A DNA stretch of 32,438 nt from a virus (Duplodnaviria > Caudoviricetes): the IMG/VR virus record IMGVR_UViG_3300005573_001594, positions 1 to 32,438 of that record. One strand, written 5' to 3'. A model generated the notes under the pieces. That model was given only the letters and a program-made list of their open reading frames with translations. It did no database searches and was not told where the DNA came from. Within the stretch, counting starts at the first letter, position 1, and every line of letters begins with the position of its first letter. A program made the position numbers and the translations under genes. Positions 27,449-32,438 of this stretch are shown here, in pieces.

Positions 27449-27769
27449 ACCCTCTTCTCCCTCACCGGCAAGGTCAACGCCGCGCCGTTCAAGGGGTTCG
27501 CGCCCGGCGAGGTGCTTTTCCAGGGCGATTCCGGCTCGCAGCGCGGCCAGGAAGACTGGGAAATCACCTTCAGCTTCGCCGCTAGCCCGAACGCGACCGG
27601 GCTGACCGTCGGCGACATCACCGGAATCGACAAGAAGGGCTGGGAATATCTCTGGGTCCGCTACCAGGACGCCGAGGACGCCGACGTGCTGGTCAAGCAG
27701 CCGGCGGCGGTCTACGTGGAGCAGGTCTACCCGTATGGGGATTTCGCGCTTTTGGGGATTGGCACCTGA
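27449..27769 (+). pseudogene. 3' remnant of a tail gene
   Basis: Backbone codons resume at TLFSLTGKVNAAPFKGFAPGEVLF; no start codon or RBS; TGATG coupling to the next gene. Confidence 0.65.
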
Positions 27770-28467
27770 TGGCTGGCGACGCCTTCAAGAAGGTCCAGCC
27801 GGGCCAACGGCTGAAGATCACCGCCGAGGCGTTCAACGCATTCCTCGACGCGGCCCGCGCCGTGCGCGAACACAAGCAGTTCGGCACCGAGGCGTCGCAG
27901 TCCTTCCGGCAAAGCGGCATCGTCAAGGTGCGGAATGCCTCGGGGGCGGACCGGGGGCGGTTCGCCGTGCTGGGCCTGACCGAGCCGATCATCCTCCCGG
28001 CCGACAACGAGAGCGAGTTCAAGCGGCAGGTGACGTTCGAGGGCGTCGTTCCCGCCAAGAATGTTCACAAGGGGAAGTTCGCTGTGCTGCTGGAGCCGGT
28101 CGCGGACGGCAAGATCGGGCTGGCGGTCGTCGCCGGCGTCGTGCCGGTGCGCCTGCAGGTCGATCCCGAACAGCTCTACGACTGCGCGGAAATCATCAAC
28201 GGCGACACGCAGAAACTCCAGAACCTGCCGCACGGTTCCGCGCGGGTGCTGTGGGTTCAGCCGCCGGACCCCTCAGACCCGAGCACGCAGTACCTGCGCT
28301 GGGCCGTCGTGCGGCTGGACGACGGCGACTATCAGGCCCATGTGCTGATCACCAGCAACGTGCCCGACGACGATGGCTATTACCCCGGCGAGGTGCAGCG
28401 CTACGACGTGGCGACGAAGGCCTGGCAGACACTCTTCGAGTGCAAGGTGGTGGACATCAACCAATGA
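27769..28467 (+). CDS. Putative minor tail protein
   Basis: 232 aa, coupled on both sides, in the distal tail position. Confidence 0.7.
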   Translation: MAGDAFKKVQPGQRLKITAEAFNAFLDAARAVREHKQFGTEASQSFRQSGIVKVRNASGADRGRFAVLGLTEPIILPADNESEFKRQVTFEGVVPAKNVHKGKFAVLLEPVADGKIGLAVVAGVVPVRLQVDPEQLYDCAEIINGDTQKLQNLPHGSARVLWVQPPDPSDPSTQYLRWAVVRLDDGDYQAHVLITSNVPDDDGYYPGEVQRYDVATKAWQTLFECKVVDINQ

Positions 28468-30254
28468 TCCTGCAGCAGCGATACCTGGCGCGCTTCGTGG
28501 GACCGAAGAACGGCGTGCCCGTGTACGCGCTCGGCTGTCCTGGATCGGGGTCCGGGCCCGCGGCGATTCACTCGTCCGTCCCGCGGGTGCTGGCGCGGTT
28601 CCTGGGGCTTGCCGACGGCGTGCCGCTTTACGGCTATGCGACCTGCGAATTCCCGAAGATCGGCCGCTACCTGATGCGCTACGTGGGCATGACGGCGGAC
28701 GGCGTGCCGGTCTATGCGGTCGGCTGCTGCCCGGAAGGTTCGAGCGGCTCGTCGGGCTCCAGTGGTTCTTCGGGAGAGAGCGGATCATCGGGGGAAAGCT
28801 CGGGGACGTCGGGCGAGAGTTCGGGCTTCAGCGGGTCGTCAGGGGAAAGCGGATCGTCGGGTGAAAGCTCTGGCTTCAGCGGTTCGTCTGGCGAAAGCGG
28901 ATCGTCGGGGTCGGGCGTCAGCGGCTCGTCCGGCGAAGGCTCCGGGGCCAGCGGTTCATCGGGCGAGAGCGGATCGTCCGGCGAAGGCAGCGGCTCTTCG
29001 GGAGAAAGCTCGGGGATCAGTGGGTCTTCGGGGGCAAGTGGTTCCTCCGGCGAAAGCTCCGGCCTCAGCGACTCGGGAAGTGGTTCATCGGGAGAAAGCT
29101 CTGGCATGAGCGGCTCGTCCGGCGCGAGCGGCTCGTCCGGTGAAAGTTCCGGGATGAGCGGTTCGAGCGGGGTCATTTCGGGGCTGAGCGGGAGTTCCGG
29201 TGAAAGCGGCGCGTCGGGAAGCTCGGGGCTCAGCGGATCGGGCAGTGGCGAGAGCGGATCGCAAAGCGGCAGCGGTTCGATTGGCTCGACGGGATTGAGT
29301 GGATCGTTGGAAAGCGGCGGCTCCGGCAGCGAGAGCGGGTCGGCCAGCGGAAGCGCTTCGGGCTCCGGCTCGCTTTCCGGGTCTGGATCGATTTCTGGTT
29401 CTGGCTCGGTCTCTGGTTCTGGCGAAGGTTCTTCGGGCAGCGGCTCGGCATCCGGCAGCGCGAGTGGTTCGGTGTCCGGGTCCGGGTCAGCTTCAGGAAG
29501 CGGCTCGGCCTCCGGCAGTGGAAGCGGATCAGCGTCAGGAAGCGGGTCGGCATCGGGGAGCGGAAGTGGCTCTGCGTCGGGATCAGTTTCCGGCTCAGCC
29601 AGTGGTTCCGCAAGCGGAAGCGGCTCGGCATCTGGCAGCGCAAGCGGTTCGGTGTCGGGTTCGGGGGTCTCGGGGTCTGGATCGCTTTCGGGTTCCGGTG
29701 CTGGCTCGGCTTCGGGGTCAGTAAGCGGCAGCGGTTCTGCGCCGGGGTCTGCATCGGCCAGCGGCAGCCAAGCATCGGGCTCGGCAGGCAGTGCCGGAAG
29801 CGGGTCGGCTTCGGGAAGCAGCTCAGGCTCCCCATCGGGATCGGGAGTTTCCGGTTCCGTGAGCGGCAGCGCCGCAGGCAGTGGAAGTGGCCCGCCCTCG
29901 GGAAGCGTTTCAAGTCCGGGGTCGGTGCCGGTATCCGGCTCAACCAGCGGTGGCTCGGTTCCTGGAAGCGCAAGTGCTCCTGGCTCTGGGTCGGTTCCGC
30001 TGCCAGGAAGCGGAGGCGGGTCTGGGGCATCCGGCAGTGTTCCCGGTTCGAGCAGTTCCACTGACGGGAGCGGAAGCGACTCAGGGGTGGGCACTGGTTC
30101 CGGCAGCGGCGGGAGCGCAGCCGGCGCCACCTCTGGCCCCTCGGGCGCTTCCAGTCCGGGAGGAAGCAGCGGCCAACCTAGCGGCTCCCCTCCCGGCAGT
30201 GTCACCGGATCACCAACCGGCAAACCCAAACAGACCGGCATCGGCGACCAGTAA
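28464..30254 (+). CDS. Ser/Gly low-complexity protein (~596 aa) with three N-terminal repeats; candidate glycosylated tail fibre
   Basis: ATGA overlap at 28464; three RxLxRxxG-x3/4-GVPxY..C repeats, then ~490 aa of SGSSGES / SGSASG repeats. Confidence 0.85.
   Translation: MILQQRYLARFVGPKNGVPVYALGCPGSGSGPAAIHSSVPRVLARFLGLADGVPLYGYATCEFPKIGRYLMRYVGMTADGVPVYAVGCCPEGSSGSSGSSGSSGESGSSGESSGTSGESSGFSGSSGESGSSGESSGFSGSSGESGSSGSGVSGSSGEGSGASGSSGESGSSGEGSGSSGESSGISGSSGASGSSGESSGLSDSGSGSSGESSGMSGSSGASGSSGESSGMSGSSGVISGLSGSSGESGASGSSGLSGSGSGESGSQSGSGSIGSTGLSGSLESGGSGSESGSASGSASGSGSLSGSGSISGSGSVSGSGEGSSGSGSASGSASGSVSGSGSASGSGSASGSGSGSASGSGSASGSGSGSASGSVSGSASGSASGSGSASGSASGSVSGSGVSGSGSLSGSGAGSASGSVSGSGSAPGSASASGSQASGSAGSAGSGSASGSSSGSPSGSGVSGSVSGSAAGSGSGPPSGSVSSPGSVPVSGSTSGGSVPGSASAPGSGSVPLPGSGGGSGASGSVPGSSSSTDGSGSDSGVGTGSGSGGSAAGATSGPSGASSPGGSSGQPSGSPPGSVTGSPTGKPKQTGIGDQ
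28737..30220 (+). repeat. Coding low-complexity Ser/Gly repeat tract
   Basis: Imperfect peptide repeats encoded by strongly mixed Ser and Gly codons. Confidence 0.9.
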
Positions 30255-30293
30255 CCCGCGTTCTCGCGGGAACACGACGATAGGAGAAAACCA

Positions 30294-31604
30294 ATGGCAA
30301 ACCTGAATCCAGGTTCAGCACGTCAAGACATGACCGTGGACGAGATGATCCATCTGATCGAGAACGCCCCGCCCGGCCCGTGGCCGCCGGGGTGGGCCGG
30401 CTGGGCCAATGTCAACGAGGCCCATCGCCGCATGGCCGTGGCATTCGCCGAAAGTCTCAAGCCTGGCCGGCTGGCCTATCCCGAACAGCGCGGCATCGTC
30501 ATCGCCGGCGGCGGCCTGAAATACTTCCCCAGCGTCTGGGTCGGCGTCCACCTCGTGCGGCATTTCGGCTGCAAGCTGCCGATCCAGCTCTGGCATCTCG
30601 GTAAGGGCGAGATCGATCCCTACCTGCGCCGGCTGTTGAAGCCGCTCGGCGTCGAATGCGTCGATGCCCGCGAGGTGGAAAAGGAGCATCCTTGCCGGAT
30701 TCTCTGCGGCTGGGAGTTGAAACCCTTTTCCACGCTGCATTCGCCGTTCGAGGAAGTCCTCTTTCTCGACGCCGACTGCGGCCCCTGCCGCGACGTGACC
30801 GAGGTCTTCACCTGGCCGGAATACCTGGACAAGGGGGCGATCTTCTGGCCCGACTACGGCTGCTGGCAACTCAAACGCGATGTCTGGGAGATCTTCGACA
30901 TCCCCGAGGTCGCCGCGCGCTGGCAGTCGGAAGTCGCCTTCGAGAGCGGCCAGTACGTGATCAACAAGACGTGCTGCTGGCGCGAGCTGCGGATGGCGCT
31001 TTGGTACGCCGAGCACTCCGACTACGTTTTTCGGATCGTGTACGGCGACAAGGAGTGCTTTCACCTGGGCTGGCGCAAGCTCGGCAGCGAGTACGCCATG
31101 CCCAGCAAGGCACCCGGCTGGAACCAGCACACCATCGTCCAGTGGGATTTCCGGGGCCAGCAGATGTTCAACCACCGCTGCCAGGACAAGTGGAAGCTCG
31201 GCGGCGGCAACCGCCGCAACAACTCGCTGGCCAACGAGGAACTCTGCTTCAACCTCCTGGCCGACCTGCGCAAGCGCTGGGACGGCGTCCTCTGGCACAA
31301 CCCCGACCCGACACCGGAAGAACAAGAGGTCATTGCCACGCTTTGTGGACGACGCTTCCTTTACCGTCGTGTCGGCCACGATGAGCGGCCGATGCGCCTG
31401 GAGCGAACCGGAAAGGTTGGGGAAGGCGCAGCAGAGTGCGAGCGTCGCTGGGACGTGAACATCGACGAGGGCCGGACGATTCTCACGCTGGGTCGCCTGG
31501 ATCGGCCGACGTGTCATTTGCAGCGCCACGGCGACGGCGTCTGGATGGGCCAATGGCTTGAACACGAGCGCATGCCCGTCGAGTTCATTCCCCTGGAGGG
31601 CTAG
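30294..31604 (+). CDS. GT71-family (Mnn2/Mnn1-like alpha-mannosyltransferase) glycosyltransferase with an extra C-terminal domain
   Basis: RGIVIAGG, LPIQLW, SPFEEVLFLDAD (DxD), GAIFWPDY, FESGQ, YGDKECF; AGGAG RBS. Confidence 0.85.
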   Translation: MANLNPGSARQDMTVDEMIHLIENAPPGPWPPGWAGWANVNEAHRRMAVAFAESLKPGRLAYPEQRGIVIAGGGLKYFPSVWVGVHLVRHFGCKLPIQLWHLGKGEIDPYLRRLLKPLGVECVDAREVEKEHPCRILCGWELKPFSTLHSPFEEVLFLDADCGPCRDVTEVFTWPEYLDKGAIFWPDYGCWQLKRDVWEIFDIPEVAARWQSEVAFESGQYVINKTCCWRELRMALWYAEHSDYVFRIVYGDKECFHLGWRKLGSEYAMPSKAPGWNQHTIVQWDFRGQQMFNHRCQDKWKLGGGNRRNNSLANEELCFNLLADLRKRWDGVLWHNPDPTPEEQEVIATLCGRRFLYRRVGHDERPMRLERTGKVGEGAAECERRWDVNIDEGRTILTLGRLDRPTCHLQRHGDGVWMGQWLEHERMPVEFIPLEG

Positions 31605-31607
31605 GCG

Positions 31608-32438
31608 ATGGCCTTGGCGAATCATCTGGTCAGCAGTCGTTTCGAGCTCGAGGAGGTGAGCCGGCGCAGGGCGGTGGGGGTTTACTACGGCGAGCACCGG
31701 ATGCTCTGCCGACTCCTGGGCGAGTACCTCGCCTTCGTGGACACTCGCGACTTCATGCTCGCCCCGCGGCTCGTGCTCGACGGTTTCTGGGAAGCATGGG
31801 TCACGCTGGCCTTGGCAAGGTACATTCAGCCAGGTTTTCACTGCGTCGATGTCGGGGCGAATTACGGCTACTACTCCGTGCTCATGGCCGCCGCCTGCGG
31901 GCGCGGGGGCCGCATCCTGGCGTGCGAACCGAATCCGCTGCTGGCCGAAACCTACGTGCCAGGGAACTTGGCGTTGAATGGCTTTCGGGACCGCGTCGAG
32001 ATCTGCCAGAAGGTGATCGGCAACATTAACGCCGAGAGCGTGGAATTCGTCCTGCACCACGGCGACTACGCGACGTCGTCCCTGGAACGCTGGGCGTATC
32101 CCCACCGAGCGGAAAACATCCAGGTCCCCGCGATCACGCTGGACAGCGCGCTGGCCCGGTGGGAACGCCTCGACCTGGTCAAGATCGACGCCGAGGGCGC
32201 GGAGGCCCTGGTCTGGGACGGCATGCAGGAAACCTTGAGGCGGTTTCCGCACGCCGCCGTCCTGGTTGAGCTACACCTTCAGCGCGACCCGCCGCAGGTG
32301 ACGAGCTTCCTCCACCAGATGGAGCGCGGCGGCTACGTCTTGCGCTACCTCAACTACGATGGTGACATCGCACCGACTGACGCGGCGACCATCGTCGCCA
32401 ACCCGCAGGAGCACTGGATTCTCTGGCTCCAGCGGTAA
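31608..32438 (+). CDS. FkbM-family SAM-dependent methyltransferase
   Basis: VDVGANYGYYS, ACEPNP, ITLD, LVKIDAEGAE. Confidence 0.92.
   Translation: MALANHLVSSRFELEEVSRRRAVGVYYGEHRMLCRLLGEYLAFVDTRDFMLAPRLVLDGFWEAWVTLALARYIQPGFHCVDVGANYGYYSVLMAAACGRGGRILACEPNPLLAETYVPGNLALNGFRDRVEICQKVIGNINAESVEFVLHHGDYATSSLERWAYPHRAENIQVPAITLDSALARWERLDLVKIDAEGAEALVWDGMQETLRRFPHAAVLVELHLQRDPPQVTSFLHQMERGGYVLRYLNYDGDIAPTDAATIVANPQEHWILWLQR

Larger units (their letters stand above)
1..32438 (+). mobile_element. Defective lambda-like (siphovirus) prophage carrying five inserted cargo cassettes; ends not visible in the window
   Basis: Collinear + strand integration, recombination, replication, portal, capsid and tail modules with coupled stop/start codons. 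Several core genes are truncated, and terminase and tape-measure genes are absent. Confidence 0.9.

Noticed and set aside
27735-28463. 839-aa version of the Ser/Gly protein
   Set aside because: The extension overlaps the 27769-28467 gene in another frame; the ATGA overlap supports 28464.
28712-30241. 509-aa Pro/Glu/Asp-rich minus-strand ORF
   Set aside because: Mirror of the Ser/Gly codons; no RBS or operon context.
1-32438. Gene transfer agent, integron, retron or DGR; tRNA or att sites
   Set aside because: Head and packaging genes are broken, unlike a GTA. I found no tyrosine integrase, attC, reverse transcriptase, tRNA or att duplication by eye.

Overview
GC-rich, lambda-like siphoviral prophage backbone on the + strand, very probably from a Planctomycete (it carries DUF1559/H-X9-DG and TIGR03000 domains). 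Backbone order: DUF2924 and large serine recombinase, regulatory genes and an ECF-like sigma factor, RecE-like/Sak4-like/DUF669 recombination module, Prim-Pol primase-helicase, an iteron/hairpin region with a cos-like site, ParB-methyltransferase, portal, protease-capsid, tail genes, a putative lysis block, and distal tail genes. The backbone is defective. Five foreign cassettes each sit where essential phage DNA is missing: (A) a type II R-M pair in the recombinase; (B) a type II R-M pair replacing RusA/helicase; (C) a C-protein-controlled, BstEII-like R-M system replacing the terminase region; (D) a stand-alone CARF-nuclease (Card1/Can2-like) replacing the capsid C-terminus and head-tail genes; (E) a DUF1559-lipoprotein-esterase cluster replacing the tape-measure region. 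Backbone DNA is decayed next to most junctions but clean further away. The distal tail end encodes a ~596-aa Ser/Gly low-complexity protein, a fungal-type GT71 (Mnn2/Mnn1-like) glycosyltransferase and an FkbM methyltransferase, a candidate virion-glycosylation system. Smaller signals: a 104-bp MITE, QPxLF clamp-binding-like motifs in all three intact methyltransferases, a -1 frameshift in the tail chaperone, and SD-occluding RNA structures in the early region. All family calls are from motif recognition by eye; no database search was run.
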